Positions 26,236-40,570 of a stretch of DNA of 64,000 bases are shown piece after piece (within the stretch, counting starts at the first letter, position 1; each line of letters starts with the position of its first letter). Below the pieces are notes generated by a model that was given only the letters and a program-made list of their open reading frames with translations, ran no database searches and was not told where the DNA came from. A program made the position numbers and the translations under genes. Origin of the DNA: Octopus sinensis (Eukaryota); NCBI RefSeq assembly GCF_006345805.1, contig NC_043026.1, forward strand, positions 6,944,001 through 7,008,000, given 5' to 3'.

Positions 26236-27353
26236 GAGAGATTTTGAGCTCTCATAAGGAGAGTAACACTATTAAGTGCAGTGATTGACTAACCACCAAA
26301 CTGGAAGCTGACTGGAGGATGATAGTCTATGTGGAGCTCTAACTCAAAAGACGTAAACCTAATTGTGCACACAAGGTGTAAATACATAGGGAGAGAGAGA
26401 GAGACAGAGAGAGACAAAGTGAGAATGAGAGAGAGAGAGAGAGAGAGAGAAGAGAGAGGGAAATGAGGGAGGGTGTTTGAACGTAGAGTAATAGGTATGG
26501 GGGGAAGAGAGAGAGAGAGAGAGAGAGTAAAGGGTGGCATAGCCCTGGGGTGGGTGGGTCTAGATAAGTACCACACTAACGGGGGGGAGGGTAGTCGGGT
26601 GGTGGGTACCTGGTATCTAGAGCTCTCTAATCACACACACGCACACACACACCCCTCCATCATATCATTAAAACGAGGAGGAACAAAAAGCACACCCTTC
26701 GCATGCACACCCATATCTATATGCGGGTGCATGTCCACGTGCACGATGCTGGCGTTGCGTATACACCCCCCCCATCTTGTCAGTTGCATTACAGGAAAAG
26801 GAAAGACAAGACCGCTTGTGACCTGACCTTTTTGCGACCTCGGATGACCTCGAGTTAACCTGACAACACGACCTTTCTGCTAACCCTGTTTGGTCTGTGA
26901 ATTTGGCGGGGTGGGGGTGGGGGTGAGTAAAGAGGATAACTAGGAGGGGGAGAAGGGGAGAGAGGAGGGGGAGAAGGGGAGAGAGGTGAAGGGAGACAGG
27001 GAGAGAGAAAGAGAGGGAGAGGGAGAGAGAGAAAAAGGCAGAGAGAGAAAAAGGCAGAGAGGGAGAGAGAAAGGCAGAGAGGGAGAGACAAAAAGGCTGA
27101 GAGGGAAAGAGAGACAGGCAGAGAGGGAGAGAGAAAGACAGGCAGAGAGGGAGAGAGAAAGACAGGCAGAGAGGGAGAGAGAGAGTAGGAGTTAGAGATG
27201 GCAGATGAGACACAGAAGTAGGGGAGACAGGGTGGATGGCCAGAGGCAGCAAAAGTAGATTACAAGGTGGTGGTGGAGGAAGAGGAGGAGGAAAACAAGG
27301 GCTGAAACAATCTTATTTGAAATCCCTAATTCTTTAAGAAAATAAGAAATCAA

Positions 27354-27847
27354 CCCTTTAGCATTTAATCCAACCTAAATATTCTAGCTGACCAGATCCA
27401 GCCTCTCACACCTACCTTACAATGTCGTTCTAAAAATAAACAATCCCATCATTGAAATTTCTAAGTCATGAGATAAGTCTTTACTCTTTTACTTGTTTCA
27501 GTCATTTGACTGCGGCCATGCTGGAGCACCGCCTTTAGTCGAGCAACTCGACCCCGGGACTATTCTTTGTAAGCCCAGTACTTATTCAATCGGTCTCTTT
27601 TGCCAGACCGCTAAGTGACAGGGACGTAAACACACCAGCATCGGTTGTCAAGCAATGCTAGGGGGACACACACAAACACACACGCACACATATATATATA
27701 TATATATACATATATACGACAGGCTTCTTTCAGTTTCCGTCTACCAAATCCACTCACAAGGCATTGGTCGGCCCGATGCAGAATTAATCCAAAACAATGA
27801 GAATAAATGAGGATTACAATTGAGAGAATAATCTGAAAGCTAAAGGG
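27354..27847 (+). mobile_element. piggyBac-type MITE (second family) interrupted by SINE family A
   Basis: CCCTTTAGCATT ... AGCTAAAGGG|TTAA, with a SINE at ~27478-27779 inside. Confidence 0.65.
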
Positions 27848-29554
27848 TTAAAAGCGATAACACTTCAAGGGGTGGGTGAGAGACAAGAAATGATTTTTAG
27901 CAGTAAAGGCCATACAACTTGAAGTCTGTTTCAACATCATTACAACCTCCTCAGCAAAACTGGCCATTGCTGGAACACCTTCCATTATAGGTCTACAGGA
28001 TCAGGACTGACCTAGGGCTAAACAATAATTAGCAGGGGTACATTAGATGAGATAGTCTTAGATAAACTATGTCTGAACAAAAGAGGGTAAGATGGGATGG
28101 TCATAAATGGACCTCTTCTGGTCACATGTCTTCTAAGCTACATAACAACAGGACATATGATAAGACATTTAGTTCTAGACACACTTTGTCTGAATAACAA
28201 AAGATGGGATGGCCACATCTGGAATATTTCTCAACTTAGGTCAGCTTCGTCAGGACAACAACAACAAGCACTTGTTTAGCACCTGAGATGACACACCAAA
28301 CTGTGCAACGCAAATACCTCCAGATATGGAAGGTGGGTGACAACAATCTGTTAATTACAGGGGGGGGGAGAAAGGCCGAGGACGGGGGGGTTGCAGTAAG
28401 TGAAGGAGAGGGGGGATTCATTGGTCAGTGATGACCACTAATTATGAAGTAGAAGGCAGGGGGAATTCCAAAATGAAGCAAGGTGTTATTTTTCACTTGC
28501 ACAGGGTCTGCATAACTGCTGTTCAACTGTCCAGTTTTACTGACCGTCCAATCTTACTGACTGTCCAGACATCTGTCTGTGTGTCTGGCTGGCCTGATTG
28601 CACTAATTATAGTCATTTTATAACTAGCACTAAAATACCTGGTAAAGATACTTATGTGTGTGTGTGTGTGTGTCTGGGGCTGCATGTTAACGCACCTCCG
28701 TCTGCACAAACGAGTAGAAAGAGTGAGTTACCACATGTTGCACACATGCATGCTTGTGTTGTCACCCACTGCACACATACTAAGAATGAGTCAGTGAGTT
28801 CAATTCCTGGACCGGACTGTGTGTTGTGTTCTTGATAAAAGACCCTTTATTTCACGTTGCTCCAATTCACTCAGCTGTAGAAATGAGTTGCAACATCACT
28901 GATGCCAAGCTGTATCGGCCCCTTTGCCTTTTCCTTGGATAACACTGGTAGCGTGGAGAGGGAGGCTGGTATGCATGGGTGACTGCTGATCTTCCATAAA
29001 CAAACTTGCTTAGACTCGTGCCTCAGGGGAACTTTCTAGGTGCAATCCCATGATCATCCATGACCAAAGGGGTCTTTATCCTTTACCCTATGTACATATA
29101 ACAGTGCAGAGAGGGGAGGCTGGTATGCATGGGTGACTGCTGGTCTTCCATAAACAACCTTGCCTAGACTTGTGCCTCAGAGAGCAACTTTCTAGATGCA
29201 ATCCCATGGTCATTCATGATTGAAGGGGGGGTCTTCACCCATTATATATAACCCATGCCAACATGGAAAACACACGTGAGTTTGGAGTGCTATACTATCC
29301 GGGTGGATACTGTGGTGGCTCTCAGTTATGTTCCAGTTTATGGCTAACCACATTGATCAATATTCAACGTCTGCAACTACTATTAGTTGTCAGTCACACA
29401 GTGAATTGTTCCGATGGATAATTCCATATTTGCTCCACTGGACAGTAATGCAGTCTGGAGTATATTTCAGTAATCATGAAACCAGAGAAAATAAATTTTG
29501 AGAACAAACAAGTCTCTATAATATCGTTTATAATCATTACTTTATATATGGGTA

Positions 29555-29589
<35 letters not shown>

Positions 29590-29611
<22 letters not shown>

Positions 29612-29938
29612 CAAAATGGGACAAGAATGCAAAACATCCGGACAACTAGGTGATACAAAAAGGGACAACAAAACATCCAGATAGACGATACAAAAAAAAC
29701 AAGGACGGGTCATTCGAAGCCTTTTATCTTCAGTCAAGAACCAGATCATCCTCGCAATTGAGGCTAGAGAGAGAGAGAGAGAGAGAGAAAACAAATGTAT
29801 GTACGCTGCTATATATATATATAATATATATATATATAAACAAAATGCAAAAAGATGGGACAAGAATGCAACAGGCAACAACAAAATATCCAGACAAAAA
29901 GGGACAAGTAAAAACAAAGACGGGTCATTTGGAGTTTT

Positions 29939-29978
<40 letters not shown>

Positions 29979-30115
29979 TATAAAAATATATATATAAAAA
30001 TACAAAATGGGACAAGAACGCAAAACACTCAAAGAGACGACACAAAAAAAGGACGGGTCATTCGAAGCCTCTAATCTTCAGTCAAGAACCGGATCATCCT
30101 CACACTTTCGGCTGA
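29590..30115. repeat. Partial tandem copies of an unclassified interspersed repeat (longer copy at 34725-35010)
   Basis: aaaatacaaaatgggacaagaa x3 and ggacgggtcattcgaagcc...tcttcagtcaagaacc, separated by (TA)n/(GA)n. Confidence 0.75.
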
Positions 30116-30132
30116 GATATATATATATATAT

Positions 30133-30174
<42 letters not shown>

Positions 30175-30495
30175 CCCGTGTAGCTATGTGATAAGAAGTT
30201 TGCATATGGGAAGACAATGTAACGATGGAAAGACATCGGCGGCATGGCCATAGTGCAAGGAGCATGGGTATCTGTGTGCGCATGCACACATACATACATA
30301 CATATATAAATATTTATATATATATATAAATGCACATACACATCTATAAAGGCAAACAAATACACGTCTATACACAAATGAGTGCACACACACACAGAAA
30401 TGCACATGTACACATATATACACCCACAAATACAAATGCACACACACTCAAATATATATACACACACACACACATGAACGATTGTATATGTATAT

Positions 30496-30536
<41 letters not shown>

Positions 30537-30784
30537 GCTATGTGAGCGTATGCACTTTCTGCACGTGCTTCATTGATACATGCAGCTATGGTGCACATCA
30601 CATGATTGCATCAGTCACATAAATCATTGATTTCATCAACATTAATCATCATCATGCTAAATATTCATATAAAATTCTATTGTTGTTCAACCCCAGACAT
30701 TCCAGTTATGACCAACCCATCTCTTTATATACACCAGCAACTTCACTACTCAATGTGCCCTTTGATTTTTTTGAAGGTTATACA

Positions 30785-31030
30785 GTGTGACTGGAGGGAG
30801 ATTTGGCTGCTATTTCTACCAGGTCTAGCTACCACGTAGAGGTCTCCCTCATTGGCTCATAAATACATATATGCAGAGATAAGACAGTAGGGTGTGATTT
30901 GAGGAAGATTTGGCTGCTATTTCTACCAGGTCTAGCTACCATGTAGAGGTTTCCCTTACTGGCTCATACATAAGACAGTAGGGTGTGATCCGAGGGGGAT
31001 TTGGCTGCTATTTCTACCAGATCCAGCTAC
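30785..31030. repeat. Family F tandem array (107- and 91-bp periods), opposite orientation
   Basis: gatttggctgctatttctacc at 30800, 30907 and 30998. Confidence 0.85.
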
Positions 31031-31262
31031 AGTATATTTTGTCTAAGTGAGTTCATCCCCTCCACTCTCCTACCTTCTCTCAGCTCAATGGTTTCCCCAT
31101 GACTTCATTCCTCTCGATACATTGGTACAACTAGTACTGGTTGGTCGGCCGGTTGGATGGCTGGTTTATGTATTTATTTTGAATTAGAAATGACGGAGAA
31201 AAACATAGTAAACACAAACATGTACATACATTAAAATATATACACACACACACACACACACA

Positions 31263-31425
31263 CACGAGGGTGTGCTGAAAAGTTCCTGGCTTTGGGTAAA
31301 AGGAAATAGAGGAGGATCAGTTAATTATGATTTTATCCAACATATTCCCTTCTCAGATTCACACACTTATTGCAGCGGTCCTTCAGTTTTTCTAAACCCT
31401 GTACAAGAACTCGGAAGATTGCCCC
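31263..31425 (-). mobile_element. Mariner 3' end with TIR
   Basis: TIR cacgagggtgtgctgaaaagttcctgg. The reverse strand encodes QGLEKLKDRCNKCVNLRREYV, a mariner transposase C-terminus. Confidence 0.75.
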
Positions 31426-31702
31426 TTCAGTTTCGAGGATGGAGTAAGTTGATTGCATTGACCCCAGGGCTAAACTAACTGGTGCTTATTTTATCAACTC
31501 TGAAAGGATGAAAGGCAAAGTCGACCTCTGCAGAATTTGAACTCAGACTGTAAGGATGGCGAAATGCTAAGCATTTTGCTTGGGGTGTGCTAAGGATTCT
31601 GTCAGCTTAACACCTTGTTTCAAAAGTATGGCCTAGCAGAACAATTGTACCAGTAATCACTGGAGTTTTGGGGATGGAGGTAATACGAAATCATGGTCTT
31701 AA

Positions 31703-31923
31703 CCCTTTTGTTACCAACCCGGCTGAAACCGGCTCTGGCTCTTTAGTACAAATGTCTGGTTTTCAAAAGTTCTGAATTAAAATCCTCCAGCAAACCTTAG
31801 TCACAATTTATGTCCCTAACTCTAGCTTAATGATAACGATGTTATTTTACTTAATTCTTTGTTATATTTAACATAATTGGAAGAAACACTGAGCATCTCA
31901 AAATAAATTCAGTAACGAAAGGG
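31703..31923 (+). mobile_element. piggyBac-type MITE, 221 bp
   Basis: TTAA|CCCTTTTGTTAC ... GTAACGAAAGGG|TTAA. Confidence 0.8.
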
Positions 31924-32357
31924 TTAAACATTATGACCAAATAACAGGAAACCCAAAACTGTCAGAACTACAAGAAACCCTCAGAAAAACATTATCAATT
32001 TGAAACGATAGGAATCTTTTAAAAATCAAAATTGCAAACTTTGTTTTACCAAAATGCTAATTCTCAATATTTCGCCTCAATGGAACTCAGAAATGGCACT
32101 AATAGTAAAATGTCCAGCTTGTCATTTCTTGACATCTCTGGGTGAAACATGGGGAACAGCTTGGACAAAACAATGGAAACAATAAGAATGTTGATAATAT
32201 CGCATTGTGAAACGGTTGGTGGTAGGAAAAGGCATCAGCTGCAAAACGTCATGTCGAAGGAAAAGATGAGTGGAGGGGTTAGGGTAAGGTAGAAGAGTCT
32301 CGTTAGACAGGTCAGAAATGGCCACTAAAGTGCATCAATGATGACAAGGTATAGTGT

Positions 32358-32405
<48 letters not shown>

Positions 32406-32734
32406 TGTGTGTGAGAGAGAGAGATGGAGGACTGCAACAAGTGAGATACTGCGAGATGTATTCAGCCCAAGTCAGTTAGAAGAAAACTAAGACGGAAGTG
32501 AAACTATGATGGTGGTGGTGGTCGTGGTAGAAGTAATGAAGATATGATAATGGTGATTGTGATAATGATGATTATGATGGTGATTAAGATGATGACGATG
32601 AGAGTAATAGTGATGATGATGATGATGATGATGATGATGACTATGGTGGTTCTTCCTTTCTTAAGTACATAGGCTATTTTGGAAACAGGAAGCAGGTATA
32701 ATTGAGTCAATTCTAGAACAAACACACACACTCC

Positions 32735-32790
<56 letters not shown>

Positions 32791-32908
32791 TACATACATA
32801 CATACACACCCACACACATAAATAAGTGAAGATAAACTTAATGATTTTTCTCATATGGTAGAAAGATAAGAAGCAGAAATAGGACACCCACTGCATGTAT
32901 GGAGATGT

Positions 32909-32955
<47 letters not shown>

Positions 32956-33744
32956 GATGTGTGTGTATATTCTTTTCAATTTAGCCATCAAGACCAAGAG
33001 CAGATCATAACACTACTTTCATAGGAATATTTCTGTATAGAGGAATTTATGTATATTTATACATACACACAGATATATGCATGTCTAAATGTGTGTGTGT
33101 TTAAGTATGTATTTGCGCGCATGTACCTGTGTCTATGTGTATATTTACATATACAGACACACATCCAAGTTATTTTTATACACACGAGCCACTTATATCA
33201 ACATGTGTGTGTGTGTGTATGTGTGTATTAAAATGGAGTAGTTTTAAATACATAGATTTTAAAATAAATACACACACACAGAGAAACAGGTATGTGCAAA
33301 TGCATGAGTATATATATATATATGTATGGATACACACACACACACACACATATATATACATACACATATAAACTTGTATATGCAAATGCATGTATGTATA
33401 CACACATACACAAGAATATTATTAATATCACAATGTGATATTGATAATATATTAACATCACATTGATATACCACAAAGCCCTTTCAAAGAAGTATTGTGT
33501 TGAAAAAAAAATACAGAATACCCCAAATATAGGTGAAATGAAATTACCCCAGAAGTGAACGAGAGTAACAAATACTGATATTTCACGGTCATTTCTGCTC
33601 TTCAGCGCCAGATATTGCTTCACCTCTGAAACAACTTGTCACAGTCAACCAGAGGTATGTAGACAAATGACATCAAATCTATTTACTGATGTGTAACAGT
33701 TATAATGACTCCCACACAGGACTTTAAGTTTCTATGTTAATGCC

Positions 33745-34265
33745 AATGATCCCTGCATTTCTGCAGTGCGATATGTATGTATGTACTTAGCACTCTACTG
33801 TATGGCAGTGAGACCTGGATGCCATACACACGTGCCAAGAGCATTGCCTAAATATTTTTCCCCTGCACTGCCTCTGTAAAATCCTTGGCATCAAATGGCA
33901 GGATTGTGTTCCCAACAAAGATGTCCTCAAGCAAGCAGGAATACCAAGCATGTTTGCACTCCTCACACAAAGACATATGAGATGACTTGGAGATGTTAGT
34001 TGTACGGAAGATGGCAGAATCCCCAAGGACATACTCTACGGGGAGCTTGCTAGGGGCACTAGGTCTGTTGGAAGACCGTTCTTACGGTGCAAGGATGTCT
34101 GCAAAAGGGACATGAAGGCCTGCCACAACAATATTAGCAACTGGGTAGTGGTTGCCAGAAACTGTGGAGATTGGAGACGTACTGTAAAAGAGGGAACACA
34201 AAGGAGCGACAGATTGAATATCTTGCTGATATGGACTATGAGTCTACTGTTTATGGTCATGTGCA
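33745..34265 (+). mobile_element. RTE/BovB-like LINE 3' fragment (pseudogenised)
   Basis: CLCKILGIKWQDCVPNKDVLKQAGIPSMFALLTQRHMR*LGDV..EDGRIPKDILYGELARGTRSVGRPFLRCKDVCKRDMK is the typical RTE post-RT region, with an in-frame stop. Confidence 0.85.
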
Positions 34266-35459
34266 TCTATCTCTTGCTATTTTTATAATCATTTTTACAA
34301 TCTACCAGATGTGGTGCATTCCAATAGCGGCCAGGAAGATTTTCTAATTATAGAGCTGCAAGTGTGTGCATGTGTGTGTGTATGTGTATCTTGCTTCACC
34401 ACAGCATAGTTCTGGCTGACCAAAGCCTTGTGAGTGGATTTGGTAGACGGAAACTGAAAGAAGCCCATTGTAGTATATTTATTTATGTGTGTGTGTGTGT
34501 GTGTGTGTTCTCCCATCATTGCTTGACAACCGATGTTGGTGTGTCTACGTTCCTGTAACTTAGTGGTTCAGCAAAAGAGACTGATAGAATAAGTACTAAG
34601 CTTACAAAGACTAAGTCCTGGGGTTGATTGCTTCAACTAAAAGTCCTTAAAGGCAGTGCTCCAGCATGACTGCAATCAAAATGACTAAAATAAGAATAAA
34701 TGTGTGTGTGTGTGTGTGTGTATAAAATGAAATACAAAATGGGACAAGAACGCAAAACATCCGGACAACTAGGTGATACAAAAAGTGACAACAAAACATC
34801 CAGATACACAATACAAAAAAAACACGGACGGGTCATTCGAAGCCTTTTATATTCAGTCAAGAACCGGATCATCCTCGCAATTTCGGCTGATTAATCTTGA
34901 GATTGCTCCAATCTGGCCAGCCCCAAGGAAAAACTAAGCTAAGAGCATTAGATTCCTTGGAAGAAAGCATCGAATGTATACGAAACAAGGACGGAAAACA
35001 AATATAAATACAAAAATACAATAAAATAATAATAATAATAATAACAGGACATAAACTTAGATAAACTTAGATATGTTTCGACCAATGATTGGTCCAGGCC
35101 ATGTCTAACTTAATAGCACCACCTGATAGGATTGTTTGAATCCTGTTTAAGTCAAGTTTTGTTTATGGTCCATATATATACATACATATACACACACCAC
35201 ACACATTAATAAATAAAATTGCTTTTTTGACACACCCCTTTTTCTTAATATACATCAACAAAGAATTCCTCATCGATAATGCTTTACTTGTATTTTGCGC
35301 AAAGGCAATTCATTTTTCTCCATATAAATTGCAGTTCATATTTGAGGCTCTGCAGAAACTATAAGGTGTTACTCAGGCACTCAACTGAGAGTCCATTGCA
35401 TTTTATAGCAGAAACAACTGTAAGCTAATGAAATCCATTTGGTTTTCCTGTGTCATCTC

Positions 35460-35495
<36 letters not shown>

Positions 35496-35607
35496 CATCA
35501 TCATTTAACGTCCGTTCTCCATGCTAGCATGAGTTGGACGGTTTGACGGGGAATCTGGGAAGCCAGAAGGCTGCACCAGGCTTTCTCTCTCTCTCTCTCT
35601 GTATATA

Positions 35608-35643
<36 letters not shown>

Positions 35644-35661
35644 CATATGTACACACACAAG

Positions 35662-35706
<45 letters not shown>

Positions 35707-35746
35707 GTATATATATATATACACACACACACACAAGTGTATATAT

Positions 35747-35791
<45 letters not shown>

Positions 35792-36393
35792 GTACGTACA
35801 TAGAGAATAATCATTCATTTCATATGAAACAATTGGTCGTACAAACAACTGGCAAGACAATTACTATTTTGTTGATTCTGATTAATTTCCTCTCATCCTT
35901 ATTAACCACCACCACCACCAGCACTTTGGCTCTTGCCACCATCACCACCACTACCATTACCACCACCTTGACTAGCATTCCCTCCACCATTACCATCACT
36001 AGTCTTTGCCACCACCATCATCATCATCATCACCACCACCACCACCACCACCAGCCCTGCTGTCTATCTACACCACCACCGCCACCAACCAGACCGCCAT
36101 CTTCATCTCATTCATTTCCACCACTGCCCTTATTCTTATCACCCTAATCATTAATGGTATTGCAACGATTCCATTGGTCATCACAACCACCAACCACCAC
36201 CACCAACCATCATCATCATCATCATCATAGCATTGGTGCTATTGTAATCATTCCATTAGCCATCATCATCATCATGAGCTCTATCACTACCACCACCACC
36301 ACACCCATCACTATTTCTAACCATTGCCATAATGGCTGGTAATACAGCTACCATTGTATTAACCATCACCACCACCACCACCATTAATACAAC

Positions 36394-36425
<32 letters not shown>

Positions 36426-37511
36426 ATCATCATCATCAGTGATCAATGTTTATTATAATAACCATTTTAACTACCACTGCCTGTAATACCATCACCATCA
36501 TCATCATCATCATCGTCATAGTAATCAATACCATTGTAATAAGCATCGTATTAACTTGCCACCACCACCACCACCACCACTGTAACCCTCCTCCTCCTCC
36601 CATTGGCATCATCAACGGCATCGTTAATAATATTATCATTGTAGCCATCCATGCCATTATAATAATAATCGTTAGCCTGCCACCACCACCACCGTCCCCC
36701 CCACCGCTGCTCGTCAGCATCATCGTCAATATCATTTAATAACCATCATCATCATCACCACAACCATCACCATCATCATCATCATCATCATCATTGTGAA
36801 TATAATCAATATAACTATTATAACGATCATATTAACGACACCCTTACTCTCCGCCTTCTCCATCATCATTGTAATCATCATCAATATCGTTAACATCATC
36901 ATCAATATCGTTAACATCATCATCATCATTGTAATCATCATCACAGCTATTATAATTATTCTAATGACCTACAGTTGCTACCACCACCACCACCACCACA
37001 TTCCTCTTCCTTATCATCAGACCACTGCTACGATGGCAACCACCACCACCACACCACCACCACCACCACAACTACCTTCGCAATCATTCCAGCTATCACA
37101 AAAACAAAAAAAAAAACCAGCACAGCCCAACTACAATTAGTACCACTGCTACCAACACTACAGCAGCACTGCCAACAACCACTACGCTACAACGGTACCA
37201 CCAATGCTACCAGCGTACTACTATACTGTGACCTGCACCACAACAAAACTACAAATAACGGTCGCTGCACCAACAGTGGTACAGATGCACTGGTTGGTGT
37301 CACTGGTTCAGGTGATAGTACATCTGTAGTAGTAATGAGGGAGGCTGCAACAGTGTGGGCGATAGTACTAGTGATAATGGTGTTGGTACTATAATGTTTG
37401 GGATTTGTGTATCTGTAGTGGTATTAGTGGTGCTGCAGCTACAGTATGTGTGGTAGTATAGGTATTGTGGTGTTGTTATGGTGGAGGCAGTATAGGCATA
37501 GTGGTTAAAAA

Positions 37512-37737
37512 AAGGCGGCAAGCTGGCAGAATCGTTAGCACGCCGGGTGAAATGCCTAGCAGTATTTCGTCTGCCGCTACGTTCTTAGTTCAAATTCTGC
37601 CAAGGTCGACTTATCCTTTCAGGGTCGATAAATTAAGTACCAGTTACGCACTGGGGTCGATGTGATCGACTTAATCCGTTTGTCTGTCCTTGTTTGTCCC
37701 CTCTGTGTTTAGCTCCTTGTGGTTAATAAAGAAATAG
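37512..37737 (+). mobile_element. SINE family B, 17-bp TSD
   Basis: TSD ataggcatagtggttaa. Confidence 0.9.
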
Positions 37738-38072
37738 GCATAGTGGTTAATACATTTATGCTGCAGTTTTGGTGCTAGTAGAGGTGTTGTGATAACTGAT
37801 GTCTGTTGTGGTGTGGTCGTGTGTTACGCATAGATGAGGACAGGTGTGTGAGGAAGTGCCACACCCTAATTGTGGAAGGAACCTGTGGAAGAGGTAGACC
37901 CAGGAAGACATAGGATGAATTGGTGGAGCATGACCTTTGAACACTGGGCCTCACAGAGGCAATGACAGGAGACCAAGACCTTTGGAGATATGCTGTGATT
38001 GAGAAGACCCGGCAAGTAGAGTGAGATCACAGCCAGGGCTGATGCCAGTGTTGCATGTCCAGGGCCATTTAA

Positions 38073-38293
38073 CCCTTTTGTTACCGTATTTCTGTTGAGA
38101 TGTTCTGTGTTTCTTTCAATTACTTTAAATATAAGAAAGAATTTAGTAAAATAACTTCGTTATCATTAAGCTAGTGTTAGGAATATAAATTGCAACTAAG
38201 GTTTGGTGGTATATTTTCATGCAAACCGTATGAAAACAAGACATTTGTACTACAGAGCCAGAGCCGGTTTTGGCCGGGTCAGTAATGAAAGGG
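38073..38293 (-). mobile_element. piggyBac-type MITE, 221 bp, inverted relative to the 31703 copy
   Basis: TTAA|CCCTTTTGTTAC ... GTAATGAAAGGG|TTAA. The internal gagccagagccgg motif is reversed. Confidence 0.8.
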
Positions 38294-39954
38294 TTAAGAG
38301 TCGGGTGATATGATATGCTTGGGAAGACCTGTTGAGTCAAAATTGAAATCATAGCTGTGACCAGTGCCCCCTGATTGGCTTCCATGCTGGCGCCATGTAA
38401 AATGCACCAACCAAACATGGTTGATGCCAGTGGCCCCTGGCTGGCTCCCATGCCAGTGGTGCAGAAAGTGGTCAATGCCAGTTCCCCCTATAGTTCTCTT
38501 TTCTCTTGGGGTCTAAATCCTTATTCCAACCCTGCCCTCCAGTGTGGGTCTGTTGGCCCCATTTCGTCCAGTGATATCTATAAGCTGACCTTGCAAGAAA
38601 TAGGAGCAAAATCTCCCTCAAGTCACACCCCAGGGTCTTAGAGAATGACATCAGATAATGAATTTCTGGTTGCACAGTAAATAAGTAAAGGATGCTCTGC
38701 CGACCCTATTTCTTTCGGGGGGGGGGGATATTTAAATAGGAAAATGAGATGTACTATTAAGAAAAAAAGGGGCTAAAAAGGGGTCAACATCCAAGTGTTT
38801 ATATATATTATATATCTAGGTTAAAGTGTTAAATATATACATACATGTGTACACACACACACACACAACAGAAGCTGACACACAATATATACATATATAC
38901 ATGCACAAACACAAATATACACACACACACACACACACACACAAGCTGTAATAAGGTGCATATACACACAGTTGTATATTAAAGTGACACTCAAAACATT
39001 GAGTACAAGTTTATCTAAACATACACACACACACACACACCCCAACTAATTCTGATAAGGGCAAATCCCAGGAGATGTCTTGAGTGAAAACAAAAGGCGC
39101 TTGTCACATTCTGCAGGAGAATGGCTTCGATTCTGGCAGAGGGGGGGGGGGGAGAAAACTTACATACCACAGAACATACTTACATATAAATAGAAACACA
39201 CACACACACACACACACATATAGATATAAACACACATGCACAGACATAGATATAAACACACACATAGATATAAACACACATACAGACATAAACAAACACA
39301 CAAATATAAACACACACACACACACATAGATATAAGCACACACACACACACACTACATACACAAATATAAACACACACACACACACACACATAGATATAA
39401 GCACACACACACACACACTACATACACAAATATAAACACACACACACACACACACATACATAGATAGATATAAACACATATATAAACAAACACAAATATA
39501 AACACACACACACAGATATAAGCACACACACACACATACATACATACATACATATAAACACACAGATATAAACACCACACACACACACACACATACCATC
39601 ATGCATATAAAAACACACAAACAAACATATTAGCGCCCACCCACACACACATACACAACATACATAAAAGAGGGACACAGCTTGCCCTAATAATAACTAA
39701 ACCTTACTGATTGATACTGGTGGTGATGATGATGATGATGATAGTGGGGGCAGTAGGGGGAAGAGGAGGAGGACAGCTTCAGCGAGGGGCAAGAGAAACT
39801 CTACAGGCTTGAATAACAGTGAGAGGAGGAGGAGGAGAGTGGGAGGGAGGAGAAGTGTGTGTACAACAGCTGACAACCAATGTCAAGTTATCTCCCCACA
39901 ACCTGTGACGAGGGGGAAACCAGACAAAGTTACCTCCCCACAAACAGTACCAAA

Positions 39955-40101
39955 ACACAAACAACAACAACAACAATAATAATAATAATGATGATGATAA
40001 TAATAATAATAATAATAATAATGATGATAATAATGATAATAATAATAATAATAATAATGATAATAATAATAGTAATAATGATGATAATAATGATAATAAT
40101 A

Positions 40102-40132
<31 letters not shown>

Positions 40133-40203
40133 TGATAATAATAATAATAATAATAATAATGATAATAATAATAATGATGATAATAATAATAGTAATAATG
40201 ATG

Positions 40204-40237
<34 letters not shown>

Positions 40238-40278
40238 TAATAATAATAGTAATAATGATGATAATAATGATAATAATA

Positions 40279-40309
<31 letters not shown>

Positions 40310-40419
40310 TGATAATAATAATAATAATAATGATAATAATAATAATAATAATAATGATGATAATAATAATAGTAATAATGATGATAATAATGATAATAAT
40401 AATAATGATAATAATAACA

Positions 40420-40459
<40 letters not shown>

Positions 40460-40570
40460 TAATAATAATAATAATAATAATAGTAATAATAATAATAGTA
40501 ATAATAATAATAATAATAATAATGATAATAATGATGACAATAATAATAATAATAATAGTAATAATGACTA
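39955..40570. repeat. ~600-bp (AAT/GAT)n tract with ~177-180-bp higher-order periodicity
   Basis: agtaataatgatg at 40071, 40191, 40248 and 40371. Confidence 0.85.

Noticed and set aside
34945-34995. Hammerhead-like TCCTT-GGAAGA...GAAAC-AAGGA, and CTGAAGA...CGAAT in the 29590/34725 repeat
   Set aside because: The core is non-canonical, there is no NUH cleavage triplet, and helix II is poor.
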